From Tubiluchus corallicola (lineage: Eukaryota > Animalia > Priapulida), in NCBI GenBank assembly GCA_030141605.1, contig JAQGDQ010002516.1, forward strand, positions 1 through 13,645: a DNA stretch of 13,645 bases, given 5' to 3'. Position numbers and translations under genes: made by a program. Under the pieces are notes generated by a model. It ran no database searches and was not told the DNA's origin. It worked only from the letters and a program-made list of their open reading frames with translations. Numbering within the stretch: position 1 is the first letter of the stretch; every line of letters starts with the position of its first letter. Of this stretch, positions 6,035 through 13,645 are shown in pieces.

Positions 6035-7885
6035 CTATGGGCAGTCCGTAGCAGGGTTATAGCTAATGAGTTCACTTCCATTCCAATACTCACAATTATT
6101 TGGATTCACACTCACAATAGAAGGCTCACATTTTCTAGCCTCATCTACCTTCAATAACGCTAAATACGTATTGTTACTCACATCCAAGCTCGTGAGATAG
6201 TTCTCATAGCACTCCAACCCAGTTAAAGTTCTATTCTTACTCACATCCAAACTCGTGAGATTGTTGGAATGGCAGCCCAAAATATTTAAAGCCGTATTGT
6301 TACTCACATCCAAACTCGTGAGATTGTTGGAACGGCAACCCAAAACATTTAAAGCCGTATTGTTACTCACATCCAAACTGGTGAGTTGGTTGTCATCGCA
6401 ATTCAAATCAGTTAAAGCCGTATTCTGCCTCACATCCAAACTCGTGAGGTTGTTGTAATAGCAACTCAAACGAATTAAAGCCGTATTGTTAGTCACATCC
6501 AAACTCGTGAGATTGTTGGAACTGCAACTCAAATTCTCTAAAGCCGTATTGTTAGTCACATCCAAACTCGTGAGATTGTTGGAACGGCAACCCAAAGACT
6601 CTAAAGCCGTATTGTTACTCACATCCAAACTCTGGAGTTGGTTGCTACTGCAGGTCAAATTCTGTAAAGCCGTATTGTTACTCACATCCAAACTGGTGAG
6701 TTGGTTGTCATAGCAATACAACTCAGTTAAAGCCGTATTCTGACTCACATCCAAACTCGTGAGTGGGTTGATACCGCAATTCAAATTCTGTAAAGCGGTA
6801 TTGTTACTCACATCCAAACTCGTGAGATTGTTGTTATTGCATTTCAAATGCTGTAAAGCGGTATTGTTACTCACATCCAAAAAATTGAGATTGTTGTGAC
6901 TGCAATCCAAAGACTCTAAAGCCGTATTCTTGCTCATATCCAAAAAGAAATCGAGATTGCTGCGACTGCAATCCAAAGTCTCTAAAGCCGTATTCTTGCT
7001 CATATCCAAAAAGAAATCGAGATTGTTGTAACTGCAATCCAAAGTCTCTAAAGCCGTAAAGAACTCCACACCCTGCAAAGAAGATATGTTCTTGTCCTTT
7101 ACATCTATAGAAGTAAGAGCCAACACATCAGCGTGGTCTGTAATCAGGTTATCGCCAGGAGTGAAAGCATTAGGGATTTCACCTTTTAGATAAGCCCTAA
7201 AATTATTATCAGGTACCCAGAAAAGATTTGAGCCACAGTCCATAGCCAATATCTCTTCTACCGTAGGGTTGCCCTTATTACCCGATATATCTACAGTACC
7301 TCCTACACCGTCTGCCTCTATTAGAGGATAAATACCGCAATAACCATCAATGTCCAACACATCGTTGTTAGTAATATTTAAATTCCCCCCTACAGCAGTT
7401 ATATTCTCCAAACCATCTAAACTCGTTAAGCCATTGTTGTTGTTAATAGTAAGTCTATTGGTCACAGAAGTTAGTCCCTCTAAGCCCTTCATATCTGTAA
7501 GTTTAAGATTAATGGCTATGGCTACATAATCGGTTACATTCTGTAAGTTTTCCAAGCCTTTTAAACTTTCCAATTTGTTGTTTCTTCTAATGTTCAAAGT
7601 TCCTACTTCAGTAATAGATGATAAGGGCGAAAGATCAGTAATATCAGAAAAATTATTTTTAACACCAATGAGAAGTTCACCAGTTATCTTTGTGTAACTA
7701 CCTGCACCGAAATTGTTCACCGTTGTTTGGTCAGACAAGTTAACATCTCCCTGATAAGTAGATTTCAACTGAATCTCTGTATTCCCCTGTTCTATTTTCT
7801 CTGTCTCCTTCGAGCAACTCGTAAATAGCATAGCAGCCAGAAACATAGCTATACTTAATTGTTTAAAAAAATGTTTTCTTTTCAT
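6035..7885 (-). CDS. Surface lipoprotein with receptor-L-domain-like repeats plus ~14 Cys-containing 21-aa leucine-rich repeats (internalin-J-like type)
   Basis: Signal peptide II MKRKHFF...MLFTS-C followed by SKETE (K/acidic motif resembling the Bacteroidota lipoprotein export signal). Contains L.SL.GLENL..V repeats, a VPDNNFRAYL cap, and tandem TALxxLxCxxNxLTSLDVSNN. Confidence 0.9.
   Translation of the reverse strand: MKRKHFFKQLSIAMFLAAMLFTSCSKETEKIEQGNTEIQLKSTYQGDVNLSDQTTVNNFGAGSYTKITGELLIGVKNNFSDITDLSPLSSITEVGTLNIRRNNKLESLKGLENLQNVTDYVAIAINLKLTDMKGLEGLTSVTNRLTINNNNGLTSLDGLENITAVGGNLNITNNDVLDIDGYCGIYPLIEADGVGGTVDISGNKGNPTVEEILAMDCGSNLFWVPDNNFRAYLKGEIPNAFTPGDNLITDHADVLALTSIDVKDKNISSLQGVEFFTALETLDCSYNNLDFFLDMSKNTALETLDCSRSNLDFFLDMSKNTALESLDCSHNNLNFLDVSNNTALQHLKCNNNNLTSLDVSNNTALQNLNCGINPLTSLDVSQNTALTELYCYDNQLTSLDVSNNTALQNLTCSSNQLQSLDVSNNTALESLGCRSNNLTSLDVTNNTALENLSCSSNNLTSLDVTNNTALIRLSCYYNNLTSLDVRQNTALTDLNCDDNQLTSLDVSNNTALNVLGCRSNNLTSLDVSNNTALNILGCHSNNLTSLDVSKNRTLTGLECYENYLTSLDVSNNTYLALLKVDEARKCEPSIVSVNPNNCEYWNGSELISYNPATDCP
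6170..7057 (-). repeat. Intragenic tandem array: 2 x 66-bp and 12 x 63-bp LRR-coding units
   Basis: The + strand framework AAAGCCGTATTGTTACTCACATCCAAACTCGTGAG recurs every 63 bp. Confidence 0.95.
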
Positions 7886-7943
7886 AATAAAATAAGTTTA
7901 AAAAAGATTAAAGATTTAAAAATAAATATTAATTATAAGGTGG

Positions 7944-7974
7944 CAAAAGTAATGTAAAAGTTGTAAACCACAAA
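7944..7974 (-). promoter_or_regulatory. Bacteroidota -33/-7 promoter of the LRR gene
   Basis: Minus strand TTTG (7974-7971), 19 nt spacer, TACTTTTG (7951-7944). Confidence 0.75.
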
Positions 7975-8002
7975 TTTAATTGATGATTTTTTAAATGTAA
8001 GC

Positions 8003-8103
8003 AAAAAAAGCCGTGCCACACAACGCAACACGACTTTTTTATCTTTTAGTTTTTATCTTTTAGTTTTTATCTTTTATCTTATTAAAAGCGCTTGTATTCT
8101 GCT
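8003..8103 (+). repeat. Direct repeat Y, copy 2; includes minus-strand terminator hairpin 8003-8040 that could insulate the LRR gene from ribH read-through
   Basis: AAAAAAAGCCGTGCCACACAACGCAACACGACTTTTTT, near-identical to 5853-5891. Confidence 0.92.
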
Positions 8104-8139
8104 ATGTAGAATTTTAATTTAAAGAATAAAGCCTAATAA

Positions 8140-8295
8140 TACTACAGTCAAAACAAATGAAGGGCAAAACGAGGAAACAACATCAAGGTATATTTAAATA
8201 GTATTTAAACAATGTTTAACTGGCATTTAAACATTATTTCTATTTATTTTCGTAGCTATATTTTTGTTGCCTGCTCATATGTAGGTTTTGGTTTA
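8140..8295 (+). repeat. Direct repeat X, copy 2
   Basis: Gap-free match to 5644-5799 at an offset of 2496 bp. Confidence 0.93.
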
Positions 8296-8341
8296 TCTTT
8301 TTTGTACTATGTAGTTCGTAGTTTCTTTATGTATCTTGTTT

Positions 8342-8848
8342 TTAGGATGAAATAGGCGGGCAGAGTGTTTTTTTGAGTTGTATCATTTTTAGAGCAGTAA
8401 TAGCAGCTTCATCTCCTTTGTTGCCGTATTTTCCTCCTGCTCGGTCTTTAGCTTGTTGTAGGTTGTTGGTAGTGAGTATTCCAAAAATGGTAGGTGTTTT
8501 ATATTTGATATTGAGCTGTGTAATACCTTGTGTTACGCTTTGACAGATGTAATCGAAGTGCTTAGTTTCGCCTTGTATGACACATCCAAGTGCTATGACA
8601 GCATCAGTACTAGTATTTTGCAATAGGAGCTGTGCCCCAAGTGTAAGTTCAAAAGTACCCGGTACGTGGTGGGTAATAATATTTTCAGGGCTTACTTGGT
8701 GTTTTGTTAGAGTATTGTATGCAGCTTGGTACAGTGCTTGTGTTATTTCTGTGTTCCACTCAGACACTACTATACCTATTTTGTAATCCTTAGCAGAAGT
8801 GGGCTTTTCAGTTTTATTATCTGATAGGTTTTTTAATTCAGATGCCAT
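8342..8848 (-). CDS. ribH: 6,7-dimethyl-8-ribityllumazine synthase
   Basis: [37 protein letters not shown] and [13 protein letters not shown] motifs. Confidence 0.96.
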   Translation of the reverse strand: MASELKNLSDNKTEKPTSAKDYKIGIVVSEWNTEITQALYQAAYNTLTKHQVSPENIITHHVPGTFELTLGAQLLLQNTSTDAVIALGCVIQGETKHFDYICQSVTQGITQLNIKYKTPTIFGILTTNNLQQAKDRAGGKYGNKGDEAAITALKMIQLKKTLCPPISS

Positions 8849-8850
8849 TT

Positions 8851-9525
8851 TTAGTTGGTATATTGTTCTACTCTGGCTATGTCTTTTTCTATTTCTCGTG
8901 CTTGTATTGAATTTTGGTAGTTGTTTTTTAGTTGTTGATAATACTCTAAGGCTTGCTTGTAATTACCTACTTCTTCGCTGGCATTGCCTGCTTTTAATAA
9001 ATATATGGGGGTAGTTAGTTCATTAGGATTTGTTTGTATTGCTTTTTTGAAATTTTTGAGAGCTTTTTCTGGTTCGTCGAGATTCATATAAGCATCTCCA
9101 ATAGCTCCTATTGAAATAGATTTTAGCAAATAGTCGCTTGTTGAAAACTTGTTAAGGTAATTGATTGCATTTTCATATTCTCCCATATTCAAATAGGAAA
9201 TACCTGCATAATATTGAGAAAGATTGGCTACTTTTGTGCCACCATATTCGCTGATAATGTCTAATGCTCCAAGATTATTTCCATCGCCATTTAGTACAAG
9301 CTCGAATGAGTCTTGTGCAAAATAGGTTTGGACTGGGTATATCTGTATTTGTGCTTCTTTCTCTAATGGGGTTATATAATAGTGCTGATAGGCGTAATAG
9401 GCTGAAAATATTAATATAATTCCAAGTATAATATAAGATATTCTATTGTTTTTGTTAAGAAATTCTTCTGCTTTTGAGAGTATGACATTTTTTTGCTCAG
9501 GGTTGTGCGTATTTTGCTCTGCCAT
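8851..9525 (-). CDS. Membrane-anchored tetratricopeptide-repeat protein (YfgM-like)
   Basis: N-terminal TM segment ([18 protein letters not shown]), ALNGDG-like VLNGDG motif and TPR helices; usual position between recF and ribH in Bacteroidota. Confidence 0.82.
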   Translation of the reverse strand: MAEQNTHNPEQKNVILSKAEEFLNKNNRISYIILGIILIFSAYYAYQHYYITPLEKEAQIQIYPVQTYFAQDSFELVLNGDGNNLGALDIISEYGGTKVANLSQYYAGISYLNMGEYENAINYLNKFSTSDYLLKSISIGAIGDAYMNLDEPEKALKNFKKAIQTNPNELTTPIYLLKAGNASEEVGNYKQALEYYQQLKNNYQNSIQAREIEKDIARVEQYTN

Positions 9526-9606
9526 AAATAAAATATTAATTTATCTTTTGTAAAAAAAACTTCTTTTTAGCTGTAACTTGGTAGAAGTCTTAAAAAAATT
9601 GTGATG

Positions 9607-9657
9607 CAAATATAATATTTTGTTTGGTATTACGAAGTGTTTATTTTCTTATTTTTG
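9607..9657. promoter_or_regulatory. Overlapping divergent -7 elements for TPR-ribH (minus) and recF (plus)
   Basis: Minus TATATTTG (9614-9607) and plus TATTTTTG (9650-9657). The -33 elements are weak or off-spacing. Confidence 0.5.
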
Positions 9658-9676
9658 TGTGTTTAAATACTGGGGT

Positions 9677-10783
9677 ATGTTTTTGAAGAAATTGTCATTA
9701 TTGAATTTTAAAAATATTGTGGAGTTGGACGTTGAATTTCACCCAAAGATAAATTGCTTTGTGGGTGATAATGGTGTGGGGAAGACGAATATTTTAGATG
9801 GTATTTATCTTTTGTCCTTTTGTAAAAGTTTTTTGAACCCTGTTGACAGCCAAAATATTAAGGAAGGAGAGAGTTTTATGTATGTACAGGGTATGTTTGA
9901 TATGAAAGGTAAAGAGGAGATAATACATTGTGGGGTGAAAAAGGGGCAGAAAAAACAATTTAGACGTAATAAAAAAAAATATGAACGCTTGTCTGAGCAT
10001 TTGGGCTTGATACCGTTGGTGATTGTATCTCCTAGCGATATTAAGTTGATAATAGAAGGAAGTGAAGAGCGTAGACGCTTTGTGGATAGTGTTATTTGCC
10101 AGTACGACAAATCTTATTTAGAAGCCTTAGTAAAATATAATAAAGCACTACAACATAGGAATGTATTGTTAAAGGATTTTGCTCGGAAAAGATATTTTGA
10201 TGAAGAGAGCCTCTCCTTATGGGATGAACAGCTGGTTGAAAAAGGAAAATTCATTTATAAAAAGAGGATGGCTTTTATAGAACAGCTGATTCCTATTTTT
10301 GAGAAATATTATAGGTATATCTCTGGTGGGAAAGAGAAAGTTGGGTTAATGTATGATTCTAAACTGCATAATACTGATTTTAGGACTTTATTAACAGAAG
10401 CAATGGAAAAGGATAGGATGATACAATATACGACAGTGGGAGTGCATAAGGACGATGTTGTTTTTTCGTTGGGTAACAATGCTATTAAGAGGTTTGGTTC
10501 ACAAGGGCAGCGTAAGACTTTTCTTATTGCCTTGAAGTTGGCACAATTTGATTTTATCAAAAATATCAATAAGTTTAAACCTATTTTGTTGTTGGATGAT
10601 ATTTTTGATATGTTGGATGCTACCAGAGTGGAACAGGTGGTAAAACTGGTGGCAGAAAATAGTTTTAAGCAAATTTTTGTAACGGATACCAACCGCGAAC
10701 GGATGGATAAGATATTGAAGAAGATAGGGGAGGGATATAAGTTAATGCTGGTGGAAGGAGGAGATATTAAAGATGAACAGTAG
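9677..10783 (+). CDS. recF: DNA replication and repair protein RecF
   Basis: L.LLNFKN, Walker A GDNGVGKTN, ERRRFVD, GVHKDD, GSQGQRK and Walker B LLLDD. Start placed at ATG 9677 (MFLKKL). Confidence 0.96.
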   Translation: MFLKKLSLLNFKNIVELDVEFHPKINCFVGDNGVGKTNILDGIYLLSFCKSFLNPVDSQNIKEGESFMYVQGMFDMKGKEEIIHCGVKKGQKKQFRRNKKKYERLSEHLGLIPLVIVSPSDIKLIIEGSEERRRFVDSVICQYDKSYLEALVKYNKALQHRNVLLKDFARKRYFDEESLSLWDEQLVEKGKFIYKKRMAFIEQLIPIFEKYYRYISGGKEKVGLMYDSKLHNTDFRTLLTEAMEKDRMIQYTTVGVHKDDVVFSLGNNAIKRFGSQGQRKTFLIALKLAQFDFIKNINKFKPILLLDDIFDMLDATRVEQVVKLVAENSFKQIFVTDTNRERMDKILKKIGEGYKLMLVEGGDIKDEQ

Positions 10784-10838
10784 GTTTGAATACCTCCTAT
10801 AATTTGTAGCCTTATTTTTTTAAAGGAAAACAAGACTT

Positions 10839-11129
10839 ATGAGACGCAAAAATACTGAAAATATAGCAACAGTTATTAGTCGTTTTCTTAGGGAAGCAAA
10901 AATTGATAGAAAGATCAATGAACAAAGATTGATGGCTGCTTGGAGTAAGGTGGTGGGAAAAACTGTGGCGAGCAGAACAACTAATTTGTTCATAAAAAAT
11001 GAAATACTGTTTGTGTCTATTCAGTCATCTATTGTAAGGGGAGAGCTATTGATGTTAAAAACTACTTTAATAGAGCAGCTGAATAGTGCAGTGGGGAGAG
11101 AAGTAATTAAGAATATTGTGGTGAAGTAG
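10839..11129 (+). CDS. DUF721 / DciA family protein
   Basis: 96 aa with W..VVG..VA..T, LFV.I.SSIVR.EL and I..LN..VG..VI..I pattern; directly downstream of recF. Confidence 0.85.
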   Translation: MRRKNTENIATVISRFLREAKIDRKINEQRLMAAWSKVVGKTVASRTTNLFIKNEILFVSIQSSIVRGELLMLKTTLIEQLNSAVGREVIKNIVVK

Positions 11130-11342
11130 TTTATAAATAACAATGTATTTTATTTTCAAGGGTATGAGTGAGCTCGTTCTGCTTGGTTGTCTTGGTACAA
11201 CTACGGTTAAAGAGAATAAAAGTTAAAACTCTGCGTAGCAGAAAATCATTTACAAGCCTGATTTTTCATTATGATAAAATATTCCGTTCGTGCTGAAAGA
11301 AAATAGTTCTCTTTGCTGACTATGCCATTAGATATTTTTTAC

Positions 11343-11373
11343 TTGTGTTTTCACTCGCTATTTCTTATCTTTG
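11343..11373 (+). promoter_or_regulatory. Bacteroidota -33/-7 promoter of the GLUG lipoprotein gene
   Basis: TTG (11343-11345), 20 nt spacer, TATCTTTG (11366-11373). Confidence 0.65.
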
Positions 11374-11419
11374 TAGTATTGCATAGTTATTTTTTTGTAT
11401 AAACTAATATACTAATAAA

Positions 11420-13627
11420 ATGCCGTTAAGATTGTTAAAGCATAGTATAATTGTTTTTTCTATGCTATTTCTTTTATTTGGATGCCATAAAGAAGGAGAT
11501 TTGTTAGAAGAAGACTCTCCATCTATTCTCAATTCCATAATTTCATTTAGCTTTCAATTAGGCGAGGATTGGGACGAAGCCACAATAGGAGATTCTCCGA
11601 GTGCATCGGGCAAATACATTATAGAGTACTTGTGTCCCCCAACGTTAGAGGTATCAGGATTGAAAGCGAAAGCAGAGATACCAGAAGGTTCAGTTATTTC
11701 CCCCTCACCGTTTGTTTTTCGGGACTATTCTTCCCCTGTAGATTATGTAGTAAGCTCAACGGGCGGCGTTGAACGTCGCTATGAAGTAAGGGTAAAGAAA
11801 CAAGAGCTTAGCCTACGTGTTTCGAGTTACTCTGGCATAGCTGATAGGATAGGCTCAGGAGATTTTGAGAATGACAGCTTATTTGAAGTTTCTTTTGTAG
11901 GCGTAGCGGATGTTGTTAGCGATTACACCTTGGAGATATCAGGAGAGTCGGCTGGTTCAGGCACAGTTGATATAGCTGGTGGCCGCTGTTTTTTAGGTAG
12001 TTCTTTACCTTTGGATAGTTGGAAAGCTATTTCGGATGGTGAAATAGTCATATCAGTCTCATTTTCTTTGCCAGAAGGTGTGTTGTCAATAGATCATTCA
12101 GTTTTGAAGGAGCAATATAAGATAAGGAGTTGGCAGGATTTACAAGGTATGAAGTATGATTTAGAGGGCGATTATCATTTGGAAGGCGATATTTCTTTCC
12201 CCTCCCCTGTTGATGGCGGAAGTTTTCCTACGTCATTTCCTTTGTCGGGTTTTTCTCCTGTTGGTAGTTTTACAGGCTCATTAGATGGACAAGGCCATAC
12301 CATACATAATTTTTACATTAATAGGGGTAATAAAAACTATGTGGGTTTGTTTAGTATACTAAGAGGAGGAGAAGTAAAGGATCTAACCATATTAGATGGT
12401 GATGTAAGAGGAGGAAAATTTACTGGAGGCTTGGTGGGGATGAATGACAGAGGCTCTATTGCTGGTAGTTCCTTTACGGGGTCTGTAACGGGAACGGATC
12501 ATGTTGGAGGCTTGGTGGGGTTGGATTGGTGGGGCTCTATTGCTGGTAGTTCCTTTACGGGCTCTGTAAAGGGGAATGATTTTGTTGGAGGCTTGGTGGG
12601 GCGGATTGAGGGATCATCTGTTGTTAATAGTTATTCTACGGGTTCTGTAACAGGTGGTGACTTTGTTGGAGGCTTGCTGGGGTATAATGATCGCGGCTCT
12701 ATCGCTGACAGCTATTCTACGAGTTCTGTAAAGGGGAATAAATATGTTGGAGGCTTGGTGGGGTTGGATTGGTGGAGCTCTATTACTGGTAATTCCTTTA
12801 CGGGTTCTGTAACGGGAGAGGCTTATGTTGGAGGCTTGGTGGGGGTGAATGTTGGCTCTATGACAGATATTGGCTTTATCGCTGACAGCTATTCTACGGG
12901 TTCTGTAAAGGGGAATTATTATGTTGGAGGCTTGCTGGGGTATAATGATCGCGGCTCTATCGCTGACAGCTATTCTACGAGTTCTGTAAAGGGGAATAAA
13001 TATGTTGGAGGCTTGGTGGGAGAAAACGATGGAGCAATAAATAATAGTTATTCTACGGGTTCTGTAACGGGGGATGTAAGTGTTGGGGGCTTGGTGGGAA
13101 AGAACCATCGTAACGAAGGAGAAGGGACAATAAATAATAGTTATTCTACAGGAAAGGTATCAGGTAGAGATAAACTAGGAGGCTTGGTGGGAGAAAACGC
13201 TGGAGCAATAAGTAATACTTACACCACAAGTCAAGTTATAAGCCTGTATGTTTTTGGTAATTATCGCATTGGCGGTTTAGTAGGCGAGAATAGTGCAAAT
13301 GGGAGTATTCTTAATAGTTATGCCTCAGGCCCTGTGGCAGATAACTGTGGCGCAGGTCTAGGCGGTTTGGTAGGGAATAACAAAAATAACAGTTCTGCAA
13401 TTACTTCTTGTTATTGGGATATATCACAAACCTTGCAAGAGACTTCCTCAGGGGGCACAGGAGTTTCCTCGGGGTCTAATTTGCAAGAGGATGGAGGTAT
13501 TTATATAGATTCGGGCAATGAGGACAAAGAAGTTTTTGAAGGCTGGCTTTTTGGCGGAGACGAGACCGCTCCATGGCACTGGATAGGCAATGGTTCTTGG
13601 CCTGTTCTTTACCTAAACACTCCATAG
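11420..13627 (+). CDS. Surface lipoprotein with an Ig-like (DUF5018-like) domain and a GLUG-motif beta-helical repeat region
   Basis: Lipobox FLLFG-C followed by HKEGD. Ig-like segment VISP....DYSSPVDYVVSS.GG..R.YEVRV, cap FTGSLDGQGHTIHNFYIN...YVGLF, 12 GGL[V/L]G repeats, and C-terminal YWD...W...WP.L. Confidence 0.88.
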   Translation: MPLRLLKHSIIVFSMLFLLFGCHKEGDLLEEDSPSILNSIISFSFQLGEDWDEATIGDSPSASGKYIIEYLCPPTLEVSGLKAKAEIPEGSVISPSPFVFRDYSSPVDYVVSSTGGVERRYEVRVKKQELSLRVSSYSGIADRIGSGDFENDSLFEVSFVGVADVVSDYTLEISGESAGSGTVDIAGGRCFLGSSLPLDSWKAISDGEIVISVSFSLPEGVLSIDHSVLKEQYKIRSWQDLQGMKYDLEGDYHLEGDISFPSPVDGGSFPTSFPLSGFSPVGSFTGSLDGQGHTIHNFYINRGNKNYVGLFSILRGGEVKDLTILDGDVRGGKFTGGLVGMNDRGSIAGSSFTGSVTGTDHVGGLVGLDWWGSIAGSSFTGSVKGNDFVGGLVGRIEGSSVVNSYSTGSVTGGDFVGGLLGYNDRGSIADSYSTSSVKGNKYVGGLVGLDWWSSITGNSFTGSVTGEAYVGGLVGVNVGSMTDIGFIADSYSTGSVKGNYYVGGLLGYNDRGSIADSYSTSSVKGNKYVGGLVGENDGAINNSYSTGSVTGDVSVGGLVGKNHRNEGEGTINNSYSTGKVSGRDKLGGLVGENAGAISNTYTTSQVISLYVFGNYRIGGLVGENSANGSILNSYASGPVADNCGAGLGGLVGNNKNNSSAITSCYWDISQTLQETSSGGTGVSSGSNLQEDGGIYIDSGNEDKEVFEGWLFGGDETAPWHWIGNGSWPVLYLNTP
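12425..13420 (+). repeat. Intragenic GLUG repeat array (~81-bp units, 12 GGLxG motifs)
   Basis: GTTGGAGGCTTG[G/C]TGGG and TACGGGTTCTGTAA recur; 12664-12762 is identical to 12922-13020. Confidence 0.93.
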
Positions 13628-13645
13628 TTTGTTAGCAAAACAACA

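Noticed and set aside
6170-7057. Diversity-generating retroelement target or CRISPR-like repeat-spacer array
   Set aside because: The units are in-frame coding repeats, variation is not confined to adenines, and no reverse transcriptase or template repeat is present in the window.
9620-9676. Extended N-terminus of recF from the ORF track
   Set aside because: It starts at TTG and overlaps the predicted promoter. RecF similarity begins at ATG 9677.
6255-13108. Overlapping ORFs within the LRR, ribH, TPR, recF and GLUG genes (e.g. 6255-6458, 6486-6713, 10309-10833, 12614-13108)
   Set aside because: They are antisense or off-frame products of real genes, and the repetitive ones simply mirror the coding repeats.

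Overview
AT-rich Bacteroidota chromosomal segment, judged from gene content, synteny and several TTTG-N19-20-TAnnTTTG promoters. The housekeeping backbone is grpE (5' half only), menE, menC, holA, AMP nucleosidase, a stand-alone HsdR N-terminal-like protein, ribH, a TPR protein, recF and DUF721/DciA. Two accessory repeat-containing surface lipoproteins sit at the 3' ends of the divergent TPR-ribH and recF-DUF721 operons. One is a 616-aa LRR lipoprotein with a near-invariant DNA framework and hypervariable, mosaic binding-face codons. The other is a 735-aa GLUG-repeat lipoprotein with shuffled or duplicated modules. The LRR gene is a self-contained cassette with its own promoter and terminator, bracketed by nested direct repeats (X-Y-gene-Y-X). 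A short palindromic motif at the Y boundary recurs upstream of the GLUG gene in the same gene-relative orientation, which hints at a cassette-exchange or diversification system; no recombinase is encoded in the window. The first ~490 bp are a 21/29-bp minisatellite joined to the middle of grpE through a 22-bp imperfect palindrome, most likely a chimeric or foreign join.
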